Source: the human T2T-CHM13v2.0 reference genome, Homo sapiens. Taken from it: DNA of 64,000 nucleotides. How positions within the stretch are numbered: position 1 is the stretch's first letter; each line of letters begins with the position of its first letter. Of this stretch, positions 1 through 12,812 are shown in pieces. Where the stretch lies: the NCBI RefSeq assembly GCF_009914755.1, contig NC_060937.1. One strand, written 5' to 3'. The notes beneath the pieces were generated by a model. The model saw nothing but the letters and a program-made list of their open reading frames with translations. It was not told the DNA's origin and did not search any database. A program made the position numbers and the translations under genes.

Positions 1-2720
1 TTCATAAAATCAACAAAAGTACTGGCAAATATTGTCAAAATCAACTTTTTAAGAAAGCTGTAAATTGATATGGGCTTTCAACAAACTAAGTAACACTAAG
101 TGTCTATCTAAGAAAAATGGTTAAACATATGTAAGGACAGTGAGCTTTGTGACATTCAAACCCACCCTATTCCTATGCCCTTTTCCCCAGCTTTTCAGGA
201 GCTTTGAAAATCAACAGCATCACCGTCAGAGTAGCTGTGAAAACTAGTAGCCTTGCATCCACTGGAGAGGGAAGAACATGTTTGAGCTTCCCCAAAACTC
301 CGTTACCAAAGAATTGTCATTATCTGAGCTGTCTGGGAATTCCCTGAAAACCCCCAGTTCACAGCGCTTGTCTTTATTTAACCTGACTCAAATCATTACT
401 GAAACTAGCTTATACCCAGGGTGTTTGTCAAAGACAGTCAGTAGTAATTAGTCAACATGGCAGTTGCCTGAAATGGTAATAACAGTTGAGCCAAACAAGA
501 TGCTAACCAAAAAGCTTAAAAAGAATATCTGGGAGAATGAGATGTCCATAGGGGACTTAGAAAAGTTCCAATGTATTCCTAGGAATCTAGAAGGCCAAGT
601 ACATGTGCAGAACTGTGTGTATACCCAGGAAAGACCTGAGCTGGCCCTAATCTTCCACCTTTAGCTGACCTTGATGATCTGCACAAGCAGGAAATCAAGG
701 CTAAGGCAGAGTTATCAATTCCCTGCTGCAGCGCTGAAGCCATATTGTAACATGCACAAAGAGCCGCTCAGCAAAGACTGAGGGATTGGTTGAAGGTATC
801 TAAGAAAATCTCTGTCCAATCATTTGCTGATTACTAAATTAACTGAGTAGATACTTCAGTGGATACAACAAGGGATACAGACTTTAGAGAATTAGTTCCA
901 GATATTCATTAAACAGATAGCAACAATGACCACCCTGGGAAGAGAAGATCTGATTTCAAGAGGTGCCATATTACAATATTTAAAATGTCCAGTTTTAAAC
1001 AAACAAACAAACAAACAAAAAACCAAAACAGTGGATATCAGCAAATTGATTCTAAAGTTTATATGAAGGAGCAAAAGACTCAGAATAACCAACACAATAA
1101 TGAAGGGGCAAAACTGGAGGACTGACACTATCCAAATTCAAGACTTCCTATGAAGCCATAGTAATCATGATAGTATGGTACTGGTGAAAGAATAGACAAA
1201 GAGATAAATGGAGCAGAATGAGGAACCCAAAACAGACTCGCACAAAGAGAGTCAACTTACGTTTATAAAGGAGCAAAGGCAATACGATGGATAAAAGGTA
1301 GTCTTTCCACAAATGCTGTTGCAACAAGTGGATATTCAAATGCAAAAAAAATTTAGTCTAGACACAGACCTTATATCATCACAAAAATTAATTCAAAATG
1401 AATCATAGACCTAAGTGTAAACACAAAGCTATACAACTCCAAAAAGATAACATAGGAGAAAATCTACATGACTTTGAATAAAGTGATGACCTTTTAGATT
1501 CAACACCACAGGCCTGGTCCATGAAAGAAATAACTGATAAACCAGACTTCATTAAAATTCAATACTTCTACTTAGTTCTTTCAGAGAAAAAAACTTTCAA
1601 GAGAAAGAGAAGACAAGCTATATACAGAGAGAGCATATTTGCAAAAGATATCTCTGTTAAAGGACTATTAGCTAAAATATATAAAGAACCCTTAAAACTC
1701 AACAATAAGGAAACAAACAGCCCAGTTAAAAAGAGGGCAAAACATCTGAACAGACACCTCACTAAAGGAGATGAATATATGGTAAACAAGCCTTTAAAAA
1801 GGCACTCAACATCACATGTCATTAGGGAATTGCAAACTAAAACCTCCATGAGATACCACCACATATCTAAGGTAAAAATCTAAAACACTGACAACACTAA
1901 ATGCTGGTGGGAATGTGGAGCAACAGAAACTCTCATTCATTGCTGGTGGGAATGAAAAATGGTATGGCCACATTGGAAGACAGTGGGCAGCTTCTTACTG
2001 CCAAATACACTTTTATCATATACTCGAGAAATTGCACTTCTAGGCATTTACTCAAATGAATGGAAAACTTACATCCACATGCAAACCTGCACGTAGGTAT
2101 TTATAGTAGCTTTTTCATAATTTTCAAAACTTGAAAACAACTGATATGTCAGGTGAATGGATAAACTGTGGTCCATGTGGGCAATAGAATGTTATTCACC
2201 AGTAAAAAGAGGTGAGCTATCAAGCCATGAAAAGACATAGAAGAAACTTAAGTGCATGTTACTAAGTGAAAGAAGCCAGTATGAGAAGGCTATATCCTCT
2301 ATGATCCAACTATATAGCATTCTAAAAGAGGCAAAACTGTGGAGATAGTGAAAAGATCAGTGGTTGCCAGGGGTTGGGGAGAGGAGGAGTGGAAAGGTGG
2401 AACACAGAGGATTTTTAGGGCAATGCAGCTACTCTCTATGATACTATAATGGTGGATGCATTTGCCAAAACCCACAGAATATATAACACCAAGTGTGAAC
2501 CCTAATGTACACTATGGAGAATTTGGGTGATAATGATATGTCAATGTAGGTTCATTGATTCTAGAAAATGTACCAGTCTGGTGGGGGATGTTGATAGTGA
2601 GTGGGCGGGGGGCTGTGCCTGTGTGGGAACAGGCTATATATGAAAACTCTCTGTAGTTTCTGCTCAGTTTTGTTGTGAACCTAAAAGTTCTCTAAGAAAC
2701 AAAGTCAATTTTTAAAAATG
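1..2720 (+). mobile_element. Old L1 (L1MC-type): 5' region joined to the ORF2 3' end and 3' UTR
   Basis: Degenerate ORF2 C-terminal sequence from ~1030 (ORF 1521-1883 ...KLNNKETNSPVKKRAKHLNRHLTK...); typical L1MC 3' end ctctgtagtttctgctcagttttgttgtgaacctaaaa; L1M 5'-region motif tctgatttc...aaaatgtccagtttt near 950-1000. Confidence 0.85.
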
Positions 2721-4209
2721 AAGTCTTTTTTTATTCATTTAAAACAATTTCATTTTTTGGACTTTGAAATTACTGATGTAAAATTATCTATGTGTCTTCT
2801 GTTCTTGGTTTACTTGCTCATTAGTTGCCATTCCTACTAACAAAGTCATCATCACTGAAGACATCTTAGACATTTTAGGTAGATTTCAAACAACCATCCA
2901 AATCTTCCTTCTGAATCTTGCCATAAGCCAAAGGGGAAAATAGTCTATGGTTGTCTGAAACTAGGTACATATTCCCATCACGGTATAGCATTGGCCTGTG
3001 ATTTAGCTTACACAAGGTAAAATAAACAATGGCTAGATTCTGTAGGAATACAAATTGGATGAAACATATCCCTGACAGATGTAAACGCCTCTTTAAGATC
3101 TGACTGCCTCAAGTAAAAGAATATGTCACAGTGGAAGTATTCATCACACTTTATCAAAACCACTGCAAAATTCTCGTGTGAGTGAAGCCAATCTGCATTT
3201 AGGACAAATATTTAGCCCCAGTATCTGCTTCCCTTTAACTTAATCATAAGTAATATAAAATCCTTCAGATAATCTGAGTTGGTCTAATACTGGTTCCTTG
3301 GAAAACTGTTCCTGCATGGATGAAAATTTCAATTATAGAATGTATTTGCAGCATGAATAGTGTGTCCTCCATTGGATTGGAGCCTTGATTCAGACAGGGA
3401 CCATAATTTATTCTTCTTCTAATCCCCATAAATCCTAGAAGGAAGTTTTATACATGATAGGCTCGGTAGGCTTTTCTTTTTGAACTGAGCATGCTTTGTT
3501 CATATAGGTCCAATCAGTGATTGACTTTAAGTAGTTACAATAGACCTTGTATAGTCAGGATAGCAGAATTATTCTCCACCACTGAGTATGACAGGCTATG
3601 AGTTGCATCTTATTTGCATTCTTCATGCCTAGTACAGGCCCTGGCTCAGAGCCAATCCATTCAGATAATGTTTGCTAAGGAAACATTAGATCCTGGACAA
3701 CACTAGGGACCACTTGGACTGATGTTTTTATTTTCAGATGAGAAGATAAAGTCTCTGAGGGGACCATATGCTCAAGGCAGCCACACATTAGTGAGCAGCC
3801 AAGCTAGAACTTCTTTCTGCCATGTGATTTATCTGCTCCTGTCTACTTAAGAAAAATTTTAGGAAGGCCTGGGAAATGAGAGCTTATGTCATGTACCCAG
3901 CACAGGCTATTCAATAAACACTTGTTTCCATACCCTCTCTACTTTCTCCATGGGAAGAGAAAACCCATGGCACATGATGAAGCCTGTCCTCTTCATGTTT
4001 TGAGCAAACTGAATTCATGTGTTAACCTAAACACAGCAGTTTGACCCTTTCAGAAGATAATGATACTGCTGCCACAACCTGTTAATTTTTACTGTTGTCT
4101 TCAGAATCCTTGAGAAGGGCTAATACGCTAGCAAATGTGAAATAGTAGTCTCATTTTAAGAGTGAAACTTGAGGTTCTAATGGGAAAGTCAACAAGAAGA
4201 GAAGAAGCC

Positions 4210-5625
4210 AAGATTCGTTCATCCGACAGTGCGCTGTGTACCAGGAATAAGTTAGGTGCTGGGAATACAGTATTTAAAAAGATATGGTCCCTGCCCTTGA
4301 GAATCTCATGGTCCCATGTGGGATAGAAACATGATTAAAAAGAGAAGAAGCTACTCACTTTCTGAGAGCATAGGGACAACGCCTCCCAGAGGAGGTAATA
4401 TTTGAGCATACCTATGATGGATTAAGAGAAATTTGCTGTCTAGGCAAGGAGAATTACAGGAAAAAAAAATAGGCACAAAATAGCAGGGTATAATCCAGGA
4501 ATTGCAAATATATGAAAAGGGGTGTTAGTCTGTTTTCATTGCTATTAAGGAATACCTGAGACTGGGTTGATTTGTAAGGAAAAGAAGTTTAATTTGGTTC
4601 ATGGCTCTGCAGGCTGTACAAGGAGCATGGTGTTGGCCTCTGCTTCTGGTAAGGCCTCAGGAATCTTACCATGACAGCAGAAGGTGAAGAGAGGGTGTGC
4701 ATACCACACGGTGAAAGCAGGAGGGAGAGATAGAAAAGGGGAAGGTTCCAGGCTCTTTTAAATAACTAGATCTCACGTGAACTAACTGAGGGAGAATTCA
4801 ACATCAGGAAGATGACACTAAACCTTTCATGAGGGATCTGCCTCCATGAGCCAACACCTCCCACCAGGCCCCAACTCCAACACTGGGAATTGAATTCCAA
4901 TGTGAGATTTGGAGGGGACAGACATTCAAACCATATTGAGGGATAAGCCTGGACAAGCAGGCAGGGGCTAGATCACAAAGGATTCAAATGAAGATGTTAG
5001 GAGCAATCTGGTACAATGAGGAGCTACTGAAGGATTTAGACAGGAGCGTAACATAGATTTGCATTTTAGAAATGTAACTGGCAGCAGGATGGAGAAGGAA
5101 CTAAAGAGAAACAATTATAACATGGTTCTAATAGTCCAGGGGACAGATGGCAGAGAGATGCAAAAGGGGAGTGAGAGTGGGATGTCTGCGTGAAGACAGA
5201 GACTCGGCCATTGGTTGATGTGGAAGCTGCAGAGAGGCAGAAACAGAGGATGACTCCCAGATTTCAGACTTTGCTGAACATGCCGTTAAACACAGAGGAA
5301 ACAGGGAAATAGGGAAGTCGACAGGGAGCTAAGATATGGGGGAGATCATGATCATGCTCATGTTTGGATATGTTAAATTTTAGGGGCCCTGTCACATTCA
5401 GACCCACTTGGGAATGGTCCACATATGGATGATATACACAGAAGATACATAATAATTAAAGTCAATCATCCAGGGGAAATCCAGAACTCTGGAGAATTCC
5501 AGTGGTTAAGGCATGGGCCAAGGAAGGGAGCCAGGTTCAGGGAAGGTGCAGTCAGAGATGTAGGAGTCGACAACAACTAGCTGAAGATGGTGTCCTAGGA
5601 CCCTGGAATTGAGATAGAATGGGAG
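4210..5625 (-). mobile_element. L2 fragment, interrupted by an MST LTR
   Basis: L2 3'-end motifs on reverse strand (taggtgctgggaatacag...ggtccctgcccttgag; gagctactgaaggattt...agatttgcattttagaa). Confidence 0.65.
4523..4938 (-). mobile_element. MaLR solo LTR (MSTB-like)
   Basis: tgttagtctgttttcattgctattaaggaatacctgagactggg ... gagatttggaggggacagacattcaaaccatat. Confidence 0.85.
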
Positions 5626-5628
5626 TGG

Positions 5629-6208
5629 TGAGAGGCTCCTCCTTCACATGTTTTTTTCATTTTTTTTCTTCTTCTCTTCTCAAAACCCATGCTACTACTT
5701 TGCTGACACTATACCTGCTAACCCTGAGGCTTCAGTCATACAAAAAAAAAAAAAAATAGCCATTCTTCTGTGCTCTTATAAAGTTTTACCCTGTCTTTTA
5801 CTTAAAGAACTCCAGGAACTGGCCTTAGGAAACCAAACACTGAACCAAGTTTGCAGTGTCCCACCTCAGAAAGGAATGAGGAACAACTAATGTACAGCCT
5901 TGTTGCCTCCAGCCAGACCTCAAGGTGGCCCATTACTCAAGATAACCATCGTGACCTACTCATCCCCTACCCACCATGGGCTTTGCCCAGCCCAGCCCAC
6001 ATACCTCCTCCGATGTCAATTCTCTGCCTAATAAAAAAAATCCCTCCCAGCTCTTTTTGGGAAACTAGCTGGAGGATCCTTGGGCCTCTGCTGTCTCCCT
6101 TGTGCTCAAGCACAAGCCTTGAAATAAAAGCCTAGTCTGGGAAATGTGCCTGGTCCCGCGTTAATTCCCGTATTACATGGGGAGCCGAAGAGCCCGTGGC
6201 CTATAACA
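5629..6208 (+). mobile_element. ERV solo LTR (MER72/LTR47-like; subfamily uncertain)
   Basis: TG...CA ends, AATAAA near 6123, motif ggtggcccattactcaagataacc typical of these LTRs. Confidence 0.7.
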
Positions 6209-8238
6209 GAATGAGCATTAAAAAAAGGAGGGAGTAATTGGGTGGCTGTATCAAATCTTTAAGAAAGAGTAAGTGATAAAGCCTAAAAACACTTTTTGGA
6301 TTGAGCAGTTCATGAGGGCAGTATTAGGAAAGGCATGGACATTCTTTTAAAATGTCTAGCTAAGAAGGAGGGTGATTTAGGTTATTTTGAGGAGAAAGTG
6401 AAGAATTTATCACCACATAGTCTTCTCTAACATGAAGATGCCATCAAGTAATTTGAGAACTGACAGGCTGTTTTCTTCCAGGTTCCAGTTCAATTTAACA
6501 AATGTTTATGGAAGTCCTGCTCAGTACAAGGCCATGTGACACCAAGCACCCACGATATACCACTGACTAAGATGCCATCCCCACTGTTGAGCACTTGGAA
6601 ATTGGTAGAAAGTCCCTTGCATGGTCAGCAGACCCTAATGGAAGTAAGGCGGTCGTCAGCAGAAAATCGAGCTGTGCACAGACTGCCTGGGCACACAGGA
6701 AAAGAGCCAGAGAGGGATGCCCAGGGCCTGGGAGGATGGCCAGGAGTGCAGGAACGGAGGGACCAGGAAGAAGGACCAGAGAAACGCTGGGCAACTGTGT
6801 GCCGGGAGGGATGTTAAGCAGCCTGTGTGCCCTGAGTATTGCAGGGTGGCTGGGAGGTGCCCGGGCCCAGACCAGCAGGGGCGTTTGACTCAAGCTGAAA
6901 CAGAAGCCTGGAGAGACACCCAGCGGCCCTCTGCCTACAGATGTATAGGAAAACAATAGGACTCTCTCCTTCTTTGTAGTTTAGATTCCCATTTGACATC
7001 TAAACTGCCAGACTTTAGACTGGTCATGAAGTCTCTCGTGTTGATTTAATGACCAGTTTCCTGTGATACTTCTAATATTCCTGCCAAAGGCTTGAGAGAA
7101 ATAACAACCAGGGGCATGATGAGTTCAACTCTTACAGACAATTCTGATTAAAGCCTAGCAGCCTGAACTTCTCACCCAGGCTCCTATGTATGTCCTAGCC
7201 CGGCCTGCTGGGGAGTGTTCCGGGTGGGGCCCTCCAAGACATTCAGGAACCTAAGTCACTGAGGATGTGTTCTTAACCTAGGGATCAAAGGCAAGTCAGG
7301 GAGCAGCTCCTCCTCCTCGGGCTGTAGCTGCAGGGCATGGGAAAGGTCTCCATGCTGGCGGACTGTTGGAAAACGCAGATTCTGGAGAGCAGAGATGGAT
7401 ATACTAATGCCAAAGAGACAATTCTGGTATGTAACTCCATGAGGGTGGGGCCTTTCAACAATCACAGGCCATCCACAGGGAGGGTGTCGGGCGCACTGGG
7501 GGCAGGGGGCAGGAAAAAGAAAGAGGACAGTCAGAAGTCAGAAGTCAGCAGGTGGTGTCACCGTGCCACTACGCAGCCAGGGAAGGCCACACCTCTGTTC
7601 AGCTTTTCCCTCTGATGTTCTGCCGAGTGGTCAGGCTGCAGCAGGAATACTGACCTCTGTTCCAGTCCATAAACCCCAAAAGAACTGCCCCTGGACATTA
7701 GTTGAGGTGTGGAAGAAAAGCAGTTAAACATTGAGGGCTCTAGCTATACAAAGAAAATTAAGTATATGTATGCTGTCCAGGGACACGATATCTATGTGGA
7801 ACTGTGTGAATTTCATTTAGCTTGTGCAAGAAAATAAATGTAAATAAGCTATGTGCTTTAATCATCAGGACTTCAAGGAAGAACATAGGCTCTCTTGGCT
7901 ATTCAATAAAAAGTGATGGCCAAAGTGGCCCGGGGGAAAGAACTTAAAACAAAAAAAAAGTCCAGGTTTTCTTGGACCTCTTTAGTTTGTGGAATTTCAG
8001 ACCAATTTTATATTCACATGTGCTTGTATTGGAAAATTGAGTGGGGTGTCCTTAGCTTTTTATTGTAACTGTTTACAATAATTGCATCAGATCCAGATAA
8101 TTTTTCTAGTGAGAACTGGTCCAGCTTCAAGTGAGGGTCATGACTAGCGATTTCTGAGAGAGGGTCAAGAACTGAAGGCTGAGCAAAGCAGCCGCGCGGG
8201 AACCGGCTGCTCAGGAGCCCACCCCTCACTCACACTGA

Positions 8239-8321
8239 GGCTTCTTTCCTTCCCCTTCCCCTGGGGCTTCTTTCCTTGGGGCTTCTTTTCACTTGGGGCT
8301 TCTTTCCTTCCCCTTCCCCTG
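8239..8321. repeat. Degenerate tandem repeat (ggcttctttcctt core, 4 units)
   Basis: 25-bp exact direct repeat ggcttctttccttccccttcccctg at 8239-8263 and 8297-8321 with two shortened units between. Confidence 0.85.
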
Positions 8322-9090
8322 CCTGCCCGTAGAGAGGATTCCCCGGCATCCACTCTTAGTCCTCTCCTCACTGTCCCAGCTGTCCCTGAGTGACCTCATG
8401 CACTCTCAGGGCCTTCCTCCTCACATGCTGGTGACTTCACATCTCCATCCCCAGCTCCGGGCCGGGCACCCTACTGAACACTGGACATTGGCACCTCACC
8501 CACCCAACACCTCAGCCCACCCTATCTTCCCTCCTGACTCGCTCCTCCTTCATGGTTGTTCCCCACCTCAGGGAAGGGTATCTCTGCCACCCAGCTGCTC
8601 AAACCAGGAGGACTCAGCTCACCCTCAATTCTGAACAACACCTGTTATTCATAGGCTGTTATGAAAATTAAGTGAGATCAATGTAAAGAGCTTAGCACAC
8701 AACTTCATGCATAATGAACACTCACTAAATGTTAGCCATTAGCATCTGCAAGGCAAGGCATTTTTTAAAACATTGCTAATGTTTTTAATAATGCAATACA
8801 AACACCTGAAATATACATAGAGAAGTGAATAACAAGAATATAAAGTCTCTCTCTTCCCCTCAATCTCCTCCCTGATTTTGTATCTTCTTACACATTCTTC
8901 CTGAAAGCTTAGGCATATAAAAGTCATCCTGAGTACCTGGTTGAAAAAGATCACAAAAGAGGCCATTAAAAATATATATAAAATCATTTTTTATACAAAA
9001 TAATATATACTAGCAAAATCCCCTATCTTTGAACCTATTATGTCTGTTCCTGACTATACCTCAAGCCTGTCCCCAAACTCTATAGACTAG

Positions 9091-9775
9091 TGAGGCAGAC
9101 AGCTAGCCAGAGAACAGACATGATTACTTGCAGGAAGCTAAAAGCAATACAAATAGGGCCAAACAGGTTAGTGCAAGAACCCACTTCCTAGTGGAAAGGA
9201 ATGGTTACAACAGGCTGTACCAATAAAGACAGGCAGCAGCCATCCTGCTTTAGGCACAGATAAGAATGTAACAAAGAAGAAACTGGCCACAACAGGGTAA
9301 ATGCAAGATATACATGCTACAGTTAATTAGTATATATTTAAAAACACAAATTATGCAAATGAATGACTGCCAAACCTTGGCTGCATTACGCCCCCATTAC
9401 CATAAAATTTCCATGGGTAAGGGCATCCCACTCCTATCACGCAGCTAACGCCATGGCGGTTCCGGATTAACAATACTTAGTCAATAAAAGGGTGGCATTC
9501 CAATTCCGAAAACTGCCCATCAATTTCCTGGAAAACCCATTCCCTTAGTATAGAATATTCCAAGCCTTCATTATACCTATTCATCTAGTTCGTGAGCCCT
9601 GGCCATGTTGGGCACGGCTCCTTCTTTTGAGCGTGTCCCTGTTCCTCTCTTGAGTGTGTTCTTGCTTTTGCTCTACAATAAATCTGCTACATTTTCACTT
9701 TGGTCTTGCTTTCAAATTCTTTTGTGTGGCAAAGACAAGAACCTGAAATGGCTCCACTGGCAACACTAAGATTGC
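9091..9775 (+). mobile_element. ERV1-type solo LTR (MER4-group; subfamily uncertain)
   Basis: Starts tgaggcag, ends ggcaaca; AATAAA near 9677; 3' motif aattcttttgtgtggcaaagacaagaacctg; near-match 4-bp TSD ctag/ctaa. Confidence 0.8.
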
Positions 9776-9889
9776 AGTGGGGTTCATAGAGTGGGGTGGG
9801 GAAGGGGGAAGATGGCTTTTCTGCACATTAATTTAGTTTTTTTAAAAAAACTAAAAGTTCAAACAAGCCCATCCAAATGTCATGTGTTC

Positions 9890-10140
9890 TTGTCTGGGTA
9901 ATTCCTACTACCATTTATTAGCTGTTAGTGGGCACATTCTTTTACCCCTCTGTTTCTCAGTTTCCTCCTCTGTAAAGGGGGAATGATGTTAACAGCCCAT
10001 CTTTACAGTCAAGAATGCTGAAGAGCTTAAAACAGACAGGAGCCTATCTTACAGTGTTACCATGAGAATTTAATGAGTAAATATTTGCAATATACTTAAA
10101 TGCAGTGCCTGGTATATAATAAGCACTTTGTAAGTGTTTT
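9890..10140 (+). mobile_element. MIR
   Basis: Core ctctgtttctcagtttcctcctctgtaaaggggga and 3' gtgcctggtatataataagcact. Confidence 0.7.
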
Positions 10141-10637
10141 AAAGAAATAAAATAATGATTTATTGGGATCTGTATTTATTTATAGACTCAAGATTTTAAA
10201 GGTGGAAGTGACTGTGGTGATCATGTAACCCTCATATCCTTCTCCCAATGACTTGCCCAAGAAATCAGTTAATTGTCACTTATTATTTATTATAGGACAT
10301 AATAATTTGAAATGTAATACTGTACATTTTCTGTGATAAATATTCTAAAAGGAAAAATATTTAAAATATCAATATTCATAAAGACTTTAATTATTTAATA
10401 TTATTAATGTTATTCAACATACTCGAATCAAGTATGGGCCTTTGTATGTGTAGATAAATTGTAGATACCATTTTTGTCAACACTACCTTCCAATCCCCAC
10501 CCCTGCCCCATGTGAAAATCATTATTTATTATCCTTTTAAATACTAAGGGCAATGATACGTATACTGTATAATCCTAACCGATTCCTTAGCTCTATCAAA
10601 CAAGGTGAATGCCCTTGTTTTGCATGTGCTATAATTA

Positions 10638-11026
<389 letters not shown>

Positions 11027-11504
11027 TCATCTTGAGCATCGGGGCTGTATGTCAGCAGCCTGAGCAAATACTGCAAACCAAAATGCAAATTTAACATAGT
11101 ACTTCTCCTTCAAAATAGTTCATTCAGGAGCTTTGGTTTACTGCAATTTGTCCTAAAGGTTACAAACTCTGTAAACTATTTTAACACCTTGGCTATCCCT
11201 ACATTCTGATAAAGTTACAGTTTCAATGAGCTCACCTAGGTACTTAGATTTCCAAGTAGCTTCTCATGACTTACAGGAGAAAATAATTTTCAATTAAGAA
11301 TTCAATAAAAAACATCAGAATACAATTACAATTGTGGTTGTTACATTAATAAAAAGTGCACTTTCCTGACTTGCAGGGACAAACATTTATGGAGTGTCTA
11401 CTATGCAGCCTTGCTGAAGCAACAGAGAGACATGGTTGTCATTCTGGAGGTCACACCTTCTGCAAAGACAGCAAATGTGTCTAGTTTCTGGGGCCTAAAA
11501 TGAG

Positions 11505-11545
11505 AGCTAGAGAGAAAGAGAGAGAGAGAGAGAGAGCAAGAGAAA
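11505..11545. repeat. (GA)n microsatellite
   Basis: agagagaaagagagagagagagagagagcaagaga. Confidence 0.9.
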
Positions 11546-12619
11546 GCTACACATTTACATATTCAGAGCCTCAGAGCCAGGCCTTGGTCCTCCCTGCCAG
11601 ACATATCCTTAGTACAATACATATTTCTAAACCAATCAAAAAAGGTAACACTGCTTAACAACTCAAGAGTAAATTGGGACCTAGGGCATTCACTATCTAT
11701 CTACTCAGGAGAGATGCTTGCAGAATACCAAAGGTGAGTGGAATTCTTGTCATGGCTAACACTTGCGGGAGCTCTTTGACTCTCCCATCTTCATCTGCCT
11801 ACCTGGCAGAAGCTGCCTGCCCTCCGGCTGTGATTCGGTTTATGATCTGCACTAGCTCAGCATTTCAAATACATACATGAAATGTAGAGCCCACAAAGCT
11901 TTAAAAATAAAACAAGAGACCAGCTCCATCTCTGTGTCTTTGGTGCACAAGGAAGAAAACAAAGAAAATCACAACCCCTTACTGCTGTCTTGGCATCCAT
12001 CATGACTTACCATAGGAGTGGCTGAGGGTCTAATTAACCACTCATCAATCTCAAAGTTTTAAAAGTGCTGCCGTTCCCCGCGGACTGGAGATCTTCCTTC
12101 TGCCTGCTTTCTGCTTTTGCAAAGCTGGAAATCTGTGTCTTGGTGGATCTCAAGAGGAAGGGAAAGAAACTCCACACTTCTTTGTAGCCAAGCCACCTCC
12201 ATCTGTCTACCTCCTCTGCTTCTTCCTTTGATCCACCCCGGGTATGACTACTCCTTTGGCCTCTGTTCTACACACAGCTCCTACGCCCTGAGAATCTCAG
12301 TTCGCACACCTCCAGCCAAATGTTTTTCTTGCTTCGTAATATTTTTGGAGACATAGCTGCCATAAGAATTATTCCAGTTATAACAACTTCCTGCCACTCT
12401 AACCATTTTTATACAAGCCGGGCCCTTATCAGGAGCACTGTGGTGTCTAGTATTGCAGCCTTATTCCACGGTGATGTGGTAATGCCTTTGGGGGTATGTA
12501 TGGACGAATCCTGCTACGGGCTATATCATGACAGGTCATGTGCTCTACAAGAGAAGACTTCCTGATTTTTCTGGACGACACTAGTATTATTATCCTGAAC
12601 TTTATATCTCTGAATGATT

Positions 12620-12812
12620 TCACATGAATTGTACTTGCTCATCCCTATGATATGTCTGGAAGATGCTTTCTGTTGTTAAAGCATAGACTTTGATGGAAAA
12701 GCCCATAACGTAGTCAAGGCATCTCAGATCACATGCAGCAGCAAGTGGATAAGGATTCAACACCCACATGTTTGAGAGTCAAAGCTTGGCCCGCTAAGCC
12801 ACCTATATCATC
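12620..12812 (-). mobile_element. MIR
   Basis: Degenerate reverse MIR (agatcacatgcagcagcaagtgg...aggattcaa...gagagtcaaagc). Confidence 0.55.

Noticed and set aside
1521-1883. 120-aa ORF with L1 ORF2-like peptide
   Set aside because: Decayed L1 ORF2 remnant, not a gene
6536-6999. Five overlapping ORFs in a GC-rich stretch
   Set aside because: No recognisable protein or splice structure; overlaps L2-like sequence; expected from GC content
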